A DNA stretch of 64,000 nucleotides. Origin: Jimgerdemannia flammicorona. Lineage: Eukaryota. Of the stretch, positions 51,431-64,000 are shown piece after piece. Every line of letters starts with the position of its first letter. The first letter of the stretch is position 1. The DNA is taken from contig RBNJ01000002.1 in assembly GCA_003990765.1 (NCBI GenBank), forward strand, positions 1-64,000, in the 5' to 3' direction. Under the pieces are notes generated by a model that saw only the letters and a list, made by a program, of their open reading frames with translations, had not been told where the DNA came from and searched no databases. Made by a program: the position numbers and the translations under genes.

Positions 51431-52951
51431 TACTCTATCAAGCAGGTCACTATTCTAGTCAAAGGCTGAACTCTGATACCTACTGAAATTGCAGTCTAAT
51501 GTTCTAAAGAATATTATATCAGAATTATACCATATCAGGACTCAAGTATTAGTACAATCTATATATATATCAATGAGGCTATCAGAGCCAAGAATTACAG
51601 AAATTATGGATAAGGATAATAATAAGGATACCTCTTCAAAAGATAAGAAAAAAAATAAATCTAGACTATAAAATAAAGTTAAAGCAAATTTAGGAGGATA
51701 TTGAGATCTGTCTAAGATATCTCATTATAACCATAAATATTATATAAATTATACTAGTACTTATAAGTATACTTATATTATAATAACTAATAAAAAGAAG
51801 TAGAAAAAGACTATAGATGAGAAATACAATTTACTTATCAAGAATGACATCTGAGATCTAGTCTCTCTCTTAGTAGATAGATAAACTATAGGATTAAAAT
51901 AGATCTATAAGATCAAATATAAAGCTAATAGAATAATAGAGTAGTATAAAGCTTAATTTGTAATAAAAGAGTATTTACAAGAATATAGTATAGACTATAA
52001 TAAAACCTTTTCTCTAGTATTCAAGCTTACTTTACTTAGATAGAGCTAAATATGACTATGAAATCCACCAAATAGATATTAAGATAGTATTTCTAAATAG
52101 AGATATAGATACCAAACTATATATATTATTTATAGAGATACAAACTATATAATAATAAACAAAAGAGCTCATATGTAAATTATATAAAGGTCTTTATGAT
52201 ATCAAATAAACAGTAAGACTATAGAATTAAAAAATCAATAAATACCTCTTAGATAATAAATTTAAGTATTGTAAAGCTGATTCATATATATATCTGGCAT
52301 ATATCCTCAGAAATAGTATTAGATAATATCATTCTAGTTAGAATAATGAGTGAAATCAATAATATAAAAACAATACTATAATAGAAATTTAAGATGATAA
52401 ATATGAGTAATATATTCTCTCTTCTTAGAATATTAATTATATATAATAGATATGAATATACTATATATCTATTATAAGCTATATATATTTGAACTATACT
52501 TGAACAATTTAGTATAAGTAAATACAAATCTGTTGGAATACCAATAGAGATATCTATAAGACTAAAGAAGTCCAGTGATACTATATTCAAAAATAACAAT
52601 ATCCTCTATTAGCAAGTTATATAATCTCTCATATATCTTATGCTTGAGATGAGACCTGATATATCATATATAGAATAAAGTAGTATAGTACTTATCTTAC
52701 TATAATAATATCTATTAGATTACAATTAAGTATATTTTTAGATATATCAAAGATATAGTATACTATATACTATATTTAAGTAGTAATAGATCAAATAAGA
52801 GTGCTATAAGACTAACTAGTATATATGATATAGATTGGGTTAAAGATCTTAATGATTAGTACTTTATAATTAAATAACTCTTCCAAATTAGTAAAAATAA
52901 AACTATTTTATAGTAAATATATAAGCAATCTTAAGTAGTAATATTATCTAT

Positions 52952-53418
52952 TATGATGGTATAGCCAGATTCAGAAGAAGGAAATAGAGAATAGATACTT
53001 GATCACACCTAGTCTCAAAGTAGTATAGCTGTATAGTTAATAGTCCTCGATTTTGCAACTTGCTAAATATTTTGCAAAGTGCAAGATTGAGCTCCCCGAT
53101 ATAGTATAGCATTTCGCAACTGGCAAAACATTTTGCAAAGTATTAAATGACTCATAACTTAGCCATGTAATCTAGTAACCATCTCATAGCTAGCAAACTT
53201 GTATAAATAACCCAGTATCTTTGAGTGAATAAACCTCAGATCAAAATAGTTCAAAGCAAAGAGATAGCAAAGGAACTAGTAAGCCTGTGGGCAGATATAC
53301 TTTGAACTCACCCACCCTCCCCTGCAATTTCAAGAGACTCTGCAAGAGTCAGAACAGTCAAGTCTTCAAGATACAGAAATCTGACATACTTTCAAGAGTA
53401 AGCATCTGCTATGTTATA
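52952..53418 (+). repeat. 5' LTR of copy F
   Basis: Direct repeat of 59184-59650; TATA-like TATAAATA ~53202. Confidence 0.95.
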
Positions 53419-55328
53419 ACTTGGTGCCCATTGGCTGGTGATTCAAGATGAATCCCTCACTTTCAAGCTAAACAATGAACAACTGTCACTACCCAAACCA
53501 AGCCCCAATACCCAGACAAGATGGATATGAGACCACCAGTATTCCACGGATATACCTCAGATGAATCGATCATCACCTTCATTGACGATTTCGAGCAGTA
53601 TGCTGCTGTAAGGACCCTGACAGCAGCACAGCAAGTAGCCCTCATGCCCTTCAGCCTATGAGGCTCTGCCAGAGCAGCATTCACAGCTGCAACCTATGCA
53701 GGAAATGATGCTGATACTATACTGATAGCACAGAAGACCTGGCTCTGAAATACATATTACACAGATGAGATCAAGCAAGCCCTGAAGGATCAGCTCAATA
53801 CAATATGCCAAGGAATGAGCAAGGATCCAAACACATTCTATACCAGAATTCGATATCAAATAATCTTTGCAGATTATGCTGCTGCTATCCAAGATCAAGT
53901 AGCCGAAGCAACCTTCATGAAAGGAGTCCATCCAGAAATAGCCATAGCCATCCACTTATCACCAGTAATTCTGGATCTGCCACAGAAGGTCACCTATGCT
54001 CAGTGATACTGGATAGCCAGACATCCACAAGACCATACAATGGAAAGGATCACAGAAGTCAGAATCAAGGCACCCAAGGCAACCAGTATGATCCCTACTA
54101 TAATGATCAATCGAAACACACCTCAGCCAAAAGCTACAGAGCAGCAAAAGAACAGTGAGCCTATGGAGGAACTCACCAAAAGGTTTGCCAAAATGACTGT
54201 CCACCTGGGAGACATGGTAAAGGAAATTTGAGGAAGAGACTGTCGCCCTGTTCAGAAGTTCGCTGCCACCTCAGACAAGAAGAAAGGTACCTGCTATACT
54301 TGTGGAGAAGAAGGCCACTACTCCTATGAATGCATGAGTGAAACCAAGCACAAGGCTCAACCAAGCAATGCTACATGAAACAAGGAGCAGGCTAATATAA
54401 TTACCTTTAAGGAGATTGGAGATTCTGACAAAGAAGAATGAGAGGCCTATCCTGCTCAGACCACTAAGAAGGATGCTCGCAAAGAGCCCTACAAGAGACC
54501 ACCAGGAAGATCCAAGAAGAACTCAGTAGAAAAGCAGATGGAAACTGCCATGGAAAGCCAAGCCAAAGAGATGGACCAAGATACAGAGCTGGAGCAAGCA
54601 GTTCAAGATATCATCTGAGGAACTACTCCAGTCAGTGAAGGAGAAAAAGAAAAGAAGCTGTGCAAGACCAAGACCTTCAAGTATGATATCTTCAAGGATC
54701 TCAGTCAACAAAAGGTCAATGCAACCTTTGGGCAGCTTGCAGAAATCCCAACATTCAGACAGCAAATGAGATTTGGACTTGCCAAAACAACCAAGAAACA
54801 AAGATAGAAGATAACCAAGGCCAATAACATTCAAGAGGACTCAGGAGAAGAAAGTGAGGACAATCACAAAACCTCTGCATATGCAACATGCCAAATCGAA
54901 GATAGAATCTTCGAGGCCATCATTGATATGGGAGCAGGAGGATGTCTCCTCAGCAAGAAGGCAGCAGACTGCCTAGGTTGGGATGTAGAGGAAGCAACTA
55001 AGCTGGTGTTCGTCACAGCTGATGGCACAAGAGCTATATCTCTAGGAAAGATTCAAGACATTCCCATCAAGATTGGAGGAGCAACCATCCCAGTAGATGT
55101 AATCATAATCAATGCCACCAACTATGATATCCTCATTGGCAATCAATGGCTTCACAAAGCCAAGACAGTAATTGATCTCAATGCCCAGAAGATGCAGATC
55201 ATCTACTGGGGACAGAAGATATGAATTCCCATCAATGTCAACAAAGGAGTTCTTCCTGATATGGAGGAAGAAGAGAGTGAGCAAGAGGAAGCTTATATGG
55301 TGACTACTCCAAAGAAGAAGTCGGATAG

Positions 55329-55445
55329 ATGAGTGAAGAAGAATGGTGCAAGAAGATGGCAGAAGGCTATGTACCACAAGGAGTCTGTCCTCATGGGATT
55401 AAGATGTACTGCATGGAGCATGTCAATGATTGCTACCAGTGCACC
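55329..55445 (+). other. Cys/His module between protease and dUTPase (unknown function)
   Basis: EEEWCKKMAEGYVPQGVCPHGIKMYCMEHVNDCYQC. Confidence 0.8.
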
Positions 55446-55571
55446 ATTGGAATCAAGAAGATCCACCAGGAAAAAAGGCAGAAAGCTCTCGAAAAACAGA
55501 TCAGAAAAGAAGAGAAGGAGGAAGATGACGAACCACCAGCTTTCCTGGAGGACAGTGATGATGAAGAAGAA

Positions 55572-55988
55572 ATCAAGGTCAAGATTCAAAAGATCCACCC
55601 TGATGTAGTCTTGCCAGAATACAAGTCAGAAAATGCAGCCAGAATGGACATCGCTACAGTAGAAGAGACTGTACTAGAACCCCAGACAACTACTCTACTT
55701 GTAACTGGACTGGAGATGATCATCCCAAAGGATCATATCAGGATTCTCAAGACAAGAAGCAGTCTAGCTAGAAGCAAAATTACAATTGAAGGAGGAGTCA
55801 TCGATTCAGACTATACTGGAGAAATTCTACTCATTGCTAGGAATCACAATCCTACAATCCCATTTCCAGTCAAGAAGAAGAACTGATTGACGCAAATGTT
55901 GATCTTCCCGATCCTATAACCAAAGATCATAGAAGTTAAAAAGCTAGAGGAAACAAGAAGAGGAAAGAAAAGATTTGGATCCATAGGA
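55572..55988 (+). pseudogene. dut: dUTPase domain between protease and RT
   Basis: AARMDI, KTRSSLA, GGVIDSDYTGEI, LTQMLI, RGKKRFGSIG (motifs 1-5). Confidence 0.93.
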
Positions 55989-58705
55989 AGAGGAGTATTC
56001 GCCAATACCAAGATCACCGAACTTGAGCATAAGAAGGAGGAAAACACAAGCAAGCACAGCTACACCATCAGAAATGAATTTCTACTCAAGAAAGAACTCA
56101 AGAAAATACTCCACAAATTCGAAGATGTCCTTGCTACAGATTTCAAGGATATCAAAGGAAAGATCCCATACTACTATCATGAAGTAGACACTGGAGACAC
56201 CAAACCAATTTATCAGAAAGCAAGACATGTCCTGCCAGCCTACCAAGAATAGCTCAGAGAAGAAATCAAGCAGATGGAAGAAGCCGGCATCATTAAAGAA
56301 GCCAGCAGTCCCTGGTCCTCACCTGTTGTACTAGCCCCGAAAAAGGGTAGCAAGTCTGGAGAATTCACTCCAAGACTCTGTGTTGACTATAGAAAACTCA
56401 ATATGGTTACCAAGAAGGATTGCCAACCACTGCCTCTCATCAATAACATCCTCATAATACTGAGAGACAAAGTACAGTACTACAGCACCTTGGACTTATA
56501 CTCAGGATTCCACCAAATCAGACTCACAGACATGGCAAGTAAAAAGTCAGCTTTCATCACTCCAGATGGAACCTACGTCTACCAACAAATGCCATTTGGA
56601 ATGTGCAATGCACCAGTAAGCTTCCAGCAAATGATGAACAAAATCTTCTGCTATGACATGGGAAGATAGATGATGGTCTATGTCGATGATGTAATCATCT
56701 ACAGCAAGACACCTGAGGAACATCTGCAGCACATACAGCAGATAATGGAAAGACTAAGACAACATGGCCTTTACATCAAACCCAAGAAGTGCAAGTTCGC
56801 AAAAATTGAGATCTCCTATCTCAGCCACATCATCAACCAAGACGGAACACACATGGACCCTCTCAAGATACAAGCAGTGGCAGCATACCCAAGACCCACC
56901 ACTGCTATGGAAGCCCAAGCCTTCATGGGACTCGCCTCCTATTATTGCAGATTTATTAGAGGATTTTCTAATATTGCAGGACTAATCTATGAACTTAACA
57001 AGAAGGATATCAAGTTCCAGTGGACTGGCAAACAACAAAAGGCATTTGATGAACTCAAGGTCAGACTGACCCAGGCACCCATCCTCAGAAGACCTGACTG
57101 GACTCAAGAATTCATCCTACAGACTGATGCAAGTGTACTAGAACTAGGAGTAGTCCTAGCTCAAAAGAAAGATAAAGTGGAGTATATCATCACATACCTC
57201 AGCTGTGGAACCTGAGGAGCTGAAAAAGAATATGAATCCTACAAGTTGGAATGCCTCGCAGTCATCTGGGCCATAGAAAAGTTCCACTACTACTTGGCTG
57301 GAAGACACTTCACCATCCAAACAGACCACTCAGCTCTCACCTAGCTACTGACAACTGGACAACCCAAAGGAATCTATGCCAGATGGATAATGAAGTTGCA
57401 AGCTTATGATGTAACCATCATACATTGCTCTGGAAGAACCAATGCCAATGTAGATACCCTCTCACAGACACTCCAAAGGACCCTACCCCCACAAAATCAC
57501 CATGAATAAGGAGCTCTACTATGGAATTATCACATACCTGGGACAGTGAAGGATGTCCCAACATCTGGAAGAATGGACACAAACAATTATCAACAGAACA
57601 TGGAAACAATTCGAAACTGATGGAGAAACACTGAAGAAAGAAAAACTACTAGTCATACCAGAACACAAGAAGGAGCAAGTAATGAAATCAGTACATAAAC
57701 TTGGCCATCTAGGAGGAACGAATACATATGACAAGGCAAGGAGAACAATATGGTGGCCAGAGATAGAGGAAGATATCAGACAATTCATCAAGACCTGCAA
57801 CAAATGCCAGAAACAGAAATAAGACCAATGAAATCAAGCCCCAGGATCAGCACACATAGAACCAGTACCATTTGCCCACATTGCAATAGATATAATCAGC
57901 CCCCTATCCTTGACCTTGACTGGCAACTGATATATTATCGTTATTGTAGACCTTTTCACAAAATGGATAGAAGTGGGACCTCTTATGGAAGCCAATATAC
58001 AGTCAATTGCCAATTTCTTCCACAAGGAAATCATCTGCCAGTTCAAGACCCCAATACAAGTAACTACAGATAGAGGAACAGAATTTGTGAACCAGTTCTT
58101 TGAAGTTCTCTACAAGAAGTACAAGATCCAGCATATTTGGACTACAGCATATCACCCTCAAGGAAACAGACAAGTAGAAAGGATCAACAAAACCCTCAAG
58201 AATGTTATTGCCAAGATCTACAATAACTATGAGAACTGGGATCACTATCTGCCAATAGCATTATCTGCTCTCCAGGATATCTGATCACAAAGTACCCACT
58301 TTACCCCTCGAGAAATGCTGTTTGGAGAAGAATGTTTTCAGGGAATCCTGTCATCCAATGGAGATGCTGTATGGAAACATGTGGACATGGAAATATGGAG
58401 ACTACACCAAATCAGGAAGAAGGCTGAGGATTACATAATGAAGGCACAGACACTATAACAGAGGAATGCAGAAAAGACCCACAAACCCTTGGAGATTATC
58501 AAGATAGGAGATAAAGTCCTGGTGTATTAGAATATGGTTGAAGCTTCATGGTCACGAAAACTGGAGCCCAAGTGGGAAGGACCTTACCTTGTGCAAGATA
58601 TAAAAGAAACCACCTTTTGGCTATGAAAACTCTCAGGTACAATAATTCCCACCACCATTCATCAAAACTGACTCAAGAAATATTATAGCTAGTAACAAAA
58701 GTACT

Positions 58706-59146
58706 ATGATGGTACTCAAGATCACTAGTGCCACCCAAAGGGCTATTGAGAGACAATGGTGCACCACCGAGCCCCTGACTATAGAGGAGTCTTATGACAG
58801 TATCCAAAGCATCATGCAGATTCATCTCTCTTGGATCTCACACTTCAAGGTCTATTAGCATCAGAATGAATTCTAAGAGTACTTCAAACTTGGCCAAGTA
58901 CTCAACTAAGACCCAGAAATGACTAAAGAAAATTGGATTGCAGAATGCCAGCTCTCCTATTCCCAGATCACTATTGCTAAGAGAATCCACAAGCTATTCC
59001 GAGAGGATGAATCAGCACTAGCCTACCTGTGAGGAGTGACTCCCTCAGACTTTGACCGAGTCAGGCGACATCATTGGGAAACAGTAATGCAACAAATCAT
59101 GCAATACAAGACCATACAGACCATTAAAGCTTGGGAGTTTAAATAG
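58706..59146 (+). pseudogene. ORF3 of copy F (147 codons, 4 internal stops), accessory protein
   Basis: MMVLKITS..EYFKLGQVL..ITIAKRIHKLFREDESALAYL*GVTPSDF..WEFK*; begins 13 nt after the integrase stop. Confidence 0.7.
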
Positions 59147-59183
59147 ATGCTTTAGGGACAAGATCATCTATTTAGGAGGAAGT

Positions 59184-59650
59184 TGTGATGGTATAGCCAG
59201 ATTCGGAAGAAGGAAATAGGGAATAGATACTTGATCACACTCAGTCCCAAAGTAGTATAGCTGCATAGTTAACAGTTCTCAATTTTGCAACTTGCTAAAT
59301 ATTTTGCAAAGTGCAAAATCGAGCTCTCTGATATAGTATAGTATTTCGCAACTAGCGAAACATTTCGCAAAGTGTTAAATGACTCATAACTTAGCCACGC
59401 AACCCAGTAACCATCTCATAGCTAGCAAACTTGTATAAATAACCCAGTATCTTCAAGTGAATAAACCTCAGATCAAAATAGTTCAAAGCAAAGAGATAGC
59501 AAAGGAACTAGTAAGCCTGTGGGCAGATACACTTTGAACTCACCCACCCTCCCCTGCAATTTCAAGAGACTCTGCAAGAGTCAGAACAGTCAAGTCTTCA
59601 AGATACAGAAATCTGACATACTTTCAAGAGTAAGCATCTACTACATTACA
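59184..59650 (+). repeat. 3' LTR of copy F
   Basis: TGTGAT...ATTACA, preceded by PPT, followed by TSD CTAT. Confidence 0.95.
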
Positions 59651-60147
59651 CTATATAAGAAGAGTACCAAGTACTGTCTATAATAATTAAGGAAGCTATT
59701 TAACTCTGTAAGCTATTAAAGAAGTTAAGATATAACAATAGTACTCTATACTACTCTAGCAAGACAACTAGTCTATAATTACTTTAGCAAAGAACTCTAT
59801 ACATTATGTTAGAATGAAGATAGTATTATTTTATATATATATAAATATATGGAAAATATCACTATATATCTGAGTATACTCTGATAGGATATATAATAGT
59901 AGATTTATTAACTAAAGTTCTTATAAAGATAAAGTTTAACTTATATATATAAGGAATAAAACTTATAGGTAATTTTATACTAGTAAGTAATAAGTAATAA
60001 TAATAATATAGTAATAATAGAAATTCTTTTAGAGTATTAATAAGCCTCTCTAATATTACTAGTTTCATCTAGCTATGGAAGATCTTCTATTATATTTTTT
60101 ACCTATTTTCATACTTATAAGCAGGGAATTCAGATATTTTTTAATAT

Positions 60148-61218
60148 TATCATATAGTGGTTGCTGAGTTCTTCAAATATGTCAGATTCTCTTTAAGGTA
60201 TATCTCTTAGACTAACTTAAGTTTGTTATAAGCAAGTTCTTATTGGAGTAGTACTCCCAACAAATCAAATCAAATCAAATTTGGCCCAAACTCGATTTGA
60301 TTCAATCGAATCAAGGGTCTAATTCAATTCGATTCAAATCAAATCAAAGGTCCAATTTAATTTGAAGTTCAATTCAAACCTTAATTTTCAAAATGTAATA
60401 ACTCGACGAACACTCATCCAAATTTAACATATTTTAGCTTGTTAGATTCACCATATTAATGTGATTCTAATAAGCTAAAGTATGTTAGATTTGGATGAGT
60501 TTACGCTGAGTTATTGCATTTTGAAAATTAGGGTTCGAATCAGACCCTCAATTCAATTTGACTTTTGATTCGATTCGAATTGATTTGAATTGAAAAATCC
60601 CCAATTCAATTCGACTTGTTTAACCCTCAATTCGATTCAACTTGTTTAACCCTCAATTCGATTCAATTCAAATTGATTTGACTTGTTTGGGAGTACTATA
60701 TTGGAGTACCTTTTCAAGATCTTATAGTCCTCAAACTTCTTATTTTTAAACTGTCTTGTTATCTCTTAGATTGCTCATAAGGAATTTGTATATAAGTGAA
60801 CCAGAACTGACTTTATTTCAGAGGAAATAAGAGGAGTATTTATACAAAATATAATTCAATAGTTGTTAAGATATAAAGCTAAATATAAATTCTAATAACT
60901 AAAATGAAATGTCAGAACAAGAAAAACTACTAAGTTCCAGGGTCAGTACTGATAGTTATATAGGTTCAGAATGCTGGTATAATTTTGATAGTACAGGAAA
61001 ATAGTGCTGGAATAATTCAGTGTTATCTCAGAATATCAGTGCTGACATAATTTGGTATCATATCAAAATACCAGTACTGGTATAACTCAGTGTAACTAAA
61101 GAACTTCAGAGCAGAATATTCAAGACTATAGGGGCTTCATCTTTATCAGAGGTCAGAATGTCTTTGAAGAAGATGAGATCTGCAAATTTATCATTATTGT
61201 GTACTTCATGTATATTGT
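60148..61218 (-). repeat. truncated family 3 LTR containing a MITE
   Basis: Reverse complement of ~47990-48572; cut by LINE sequence at ~61220. Confidence 0.85.
60249..60698. mobile_element. hAT-type MITE (450 bp)
   Basis: Perfect 8-bp TSD TATTGGAG (60241-60248, 60699-60706); TIRs TAGTACTCCCAA / TTGGGAGTACTA; ATTCR pentamer subterminal repeats; central hairpin. Confidence 0.92.
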
Positions 61219-61219
61219 A

Positions 61220-62290
61220 TAGGATAACATCATCTACTCAGCTCTTCTAGTACTTCTAACAAATCCTCCTTCTTCTCCTCCTCACTTCTCTTCACCCTTA
61301 TTATCTTACATATAAAGGCCCCCCACACTATTACTGATGACCAATTATAAGTCTTCTCAATAGCCTCCCTTCTAGTCAGCTGAAGCCAGATATCAATATC
61401 TCTTATTCTGAATGAGATCCCTTCTCAGATTCAAAACTCAATATTGACTACTTCCTCATACTCAGCCATAATCTCCTCTACTCTTCTCCTCATCTCTATA
61501 GTAGTTACTATGGATACTCCTTTTATCAGAAGTTGCACCATCCTGAGATCCTATTTTAAGCATCATACCATCAGAATATATATCTCCCCAACAGTCAGCT
61601 CTGCCTTCAGTATAACCTCTAATAGCTTAGCCTCTTTAAAACCCACCTCTACTCCTTTCAAACTCCTTAAAAACTTCACAGATACTATATTATCTATCTG
61701 CTTAGCAATTAGCTCCAAGACTATTTTCACTATCACTACTAAGCCTCAGAAGTACAGAGTGACTATAAACTCCAAGATTGACTTCTTAAGTAATGAGACT
61801 ATTACCAGGCCTATCACACCATCTACCAGATCCCTCATTCAGCTAGGCCCTATCTTCCTAGCCTTACTATCAGTAGTTATATTTGGATTTTTTTTTTTCA
61901 AATTACTAGTTACTACTCTATTAATAGTTATGCTCCCAGTTACTATACCATCAGCCCTTCTATCAGATACTTCCAAGAGAGTCTCTTCTAGCCTCCCAGC
62001 AGCAGCCTTCCCCTTACCACTCTATAGCTATCCATCTAGTCTAGCCACCAGACCCCCCTGCTTAATCTTCTTAGCAAAGCTCATCTGATTTCTCCCTGGC
62101 TGTATATTACCTCCTCCTCTACCACTACTGACCTCTCTTTCACTTACCAAAGTACTTGACATCTCCAACCCTACTCTCTGACTCCTCTCTACATGCTGCC
62201 AGCTAAATGCACTAGGGCTACCCTATTTAGTATACTCCATAGAACTCTAATTTGAGAATATGTTCTTAAGATATTTCTCCAAAGAATGGT
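61220..62290 (-). mobile_element. LINE 5' fragment (UTR and ORF1 N-terminal half)
   Basis: MSFAKKIKQGG at ~62085; similar to 18850-19850. Confidence 0.8.
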
Positions 62291-63319
62291 ATAAAAGTAG
62301 ATAATATATATTTATATAATATAAAGTATATCAGAAAGAGTTGCTGCTTAAATAATATCTTTAATTATTTACTCAAGCTCTATATCTTGATCTATTTTCT
62401 TAGATATAGTTTTACTTTCTATAGTTACTTCTCTCTATTCTTCTATAGACTTTTCTACTATATTCTTTTTGAGTCTTTCTAGTAGTCTTTTATACAGCTT
62501 TTTGTAGATATTCTTTTTAAATATTAGAGTAGAATAGACATCTTATTTCTGCTCTTTCTCTAAATCTTCAATCTCTTTAAAAGATATAGTAAAAGATATT
62601 AGAGAAAGAGATCACTGTCTAGTCTGAAAGTTTATTATCACTATAGATAAAAAGAGAGATACCTACTATACTTATAGAGAAGAAGATTACTACTCCTATA
62701 AATATATAAATAAGATCAAGCATAAGGCTCAGTTAAGTAATATTATTACAAATTATAAATAGACTAATACTATTACTTCTAAATATAGTTATTTAAGTAA
62801 ATTTTTTAATAAGTTTCTTTATAAAATCACTATTCTTCTACTACTCTATAGCTTTTGACTGAGATATATTTTAGTTAATTATAGTTATAGAGATTATACT
62901 AGTTATCTTAGATACTTCTACTCTGACTTTAGTAACTTTCTCTATTATATAGTTTTGAAAATATTTGATTATCTAATATTACTAAGTATAAGTCACCTTT
63001 TGTAATAAATTTAGAACTATTAGTGATAATTAAATTACTATAACTATCTCTAGGTAAATTTCTTTTATAAAAATTACTTTAATTACTTAATTTTTGATAA
63101 TCTTAGTATAATCTACTAAAATTATCTAATAGTAAATTTAGATATAGTATATATATTTAGATCTTTATTTATTTTTTGATAAGTTGTATTGAATTAGTCA
63201 TTCAGAGTCTACTTAATTTTATCTATATAGTATATAGTTTATAGCTAGACCTTCTATACTATTAGTATTATATCATCATTATTTCTAATATAGTTTATAG
63301 CTATTGTTAAATATACAGT

Positions 63320-64000
63320 CTCTCTTCCACTATCTGATCCCCATAGGGGGGCCCCTCCCTACTCCTATCCAAGCAAAGACTATCTTCTCTCCCACTACTC
63401 CTACCCTTCTCCCACTCTGCCTATAAATTTTCTCCATCAATTGATGCCTCTGATCCCCCTGTATCTCCCAACCAAGCCACCAGCCTATCAATATGTCTTC
63501 TATAAGGCTATGCCATCACAGCAGCCAGACCTCCAAGCCCAGTCTCCTCTTATCCTTGAAAACAAATAACCAGTATCTGGCCAATCCTACCCAAATGGCC
63601 AGAGTCCAGCCTAGCATGAGTCATTCCTTTCTCACCCCCCCCACCAGTCTGTCTCTCAAATCCTCCCACCACTCCCATATGCCAGTTCCCCTGTACCTTA
63701 CTCCCAAATAATCTCCAACAGTCTGCCAAAAGTCACTAAGTACCTCACACTCCCCTAGCCAATGTTCAGGCATCTGCATATAACCCCCTACCTGTCTTAC
63801 ATTATAGTACTTCTCACATTCGAAGCAACCTCCCTCAACAAGGTGACCCAAGCAGTAATTGAACATGACATTCCTCCTCAGCATATACCACCAAGTCACC
63901 CAGTACTTCAGCAGCATCCATCTTCTCACCTCAGCACTCCATGTCCAAATGCTATGCCAGTCCTACTCCTTGCCAATTCCTACACCTTGCCAACCACTGG
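63320..64000 (-). mobile_element. LINE ORF2 3' fragment (continues past window end)
   Basis: CFECEKYYNVRQVGGYMQMPEHWLGECEV C-terminal Cys/His region as in LINE-A 34330-34400. Confidence 0.8.

Larger units (their letters stand above)
53521..58692 (+). pseudogene. gag-pol of copy F: gag, zinc knuckle, protease, Cys/His module, dUTPase, RT, RNase H, integrase (GPY)
   Basis: TCYTCGEEGHYSYEC; IIDMGAGGCLL; SSPWSSPVVL..RLCVDYRKLN; YVDDVIIYS; LQTDAS; H..GHLG..C.KC; TDRGTEF; KWEGPYLV. Confidence 0.95.
52952..59650 (+). mobile_element. Ty3/Gypsy LTR retrotransposon, family 2, copy F (full-length, 6.7 kb, no chromodomain)
   Basis: 467-bp LTRs 52952-53418 and 59184-59650; TSD CTAT; PBS TGGTGCCCATTGG at 53422; PPT AGGAGGAAG at 59174-59182. 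Confidence 0.97.
51700..59960 (+). pseudogene. Ty1/Copia RT-RNase H relic (~51700-52951 and 59655-~59960), interrupted by Gypsy copy F
   Basis: Degenerate W..AM.EE...L.KN..W.LV, KW.YKIK, YKA..V.K.Y.Q...DY..TF, HQ.D.K..FL, D.DW..D, LS|T.E.EY motifs. Confidence 0.8.

Noticed and set aside
51465-51490. Minus-strand GGTATCAGAG PBS-like motif after TTTCA
   Set aside because: No partner LTR or internal region could be assigned; too short alone
58706-59146. ORF3 as an env gene
   Set aside because: Short, with no signal peptide, transmembrane segment or cleavage motif visible
61444-62088. 214-aa plus-strand ORF, longest in the track
   Set aside because: Antisense shadow of LINE ORF1 on the minus strand; Ser/Thr/Leu-rich, no motifs
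62300-63320. AT-rich stretch (also ~49200-50350, 36400-36850) as further elements or genes
   Set aside because: Too eroded to assign by eye
1-64000. Assigning a host species or phylum
   Set aside because: Element mix suggests a repeat-rich fungus, but no host gene is present to support a specific taxon

Overview
Eukaryotic, most likely fungal (inference), repeat desert with no recognisable host gene, tRNA, rRNA or CRISPR. It is a stack of nested, C>T/G>A-eroded mobile elements. (i) Ty3/Gypsy family 1 has a chromodomain, 1.5-2.0 kb LTRs and a 5-bp TSD. Copies: partial 1-4766 (+), full-length 22863-33262 (-), and an internally deleted copy 36984-41975 (-) whose 3' LTR was split by a ~21.7 kb inversion. 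(ii) Gypsy families 2 and 3 share PBS/leader and gag-pol layout and have 4-bp TSDs but unrelated LTRs. Copies: 52952-59650 (+), 5097-13930 (-), a solo LTR 47095-48572 and an LTR fragment. (iii) Also present: several L1/Tx1-like LINEs, two hAT-type MITEs, Copia and Plavaka relics, and a young poly(A)-tailed 1.2 kb retroposed insert. The main unusual signal is that the Gypsy lineages share three accessory modules. These are a dUTPase, a ~40-aa GYVPxGxCPHG Cys/His module next to it (dUT-module-PR in family 1, PR-module-dUT in families 2/3), and a homologous protein of unknown function encoded inside the LTR U3 (families 1, 3) or just before the 3' LTR (family 2). All translations and alignments were done by eye, and inner domain boundaries are approximate.
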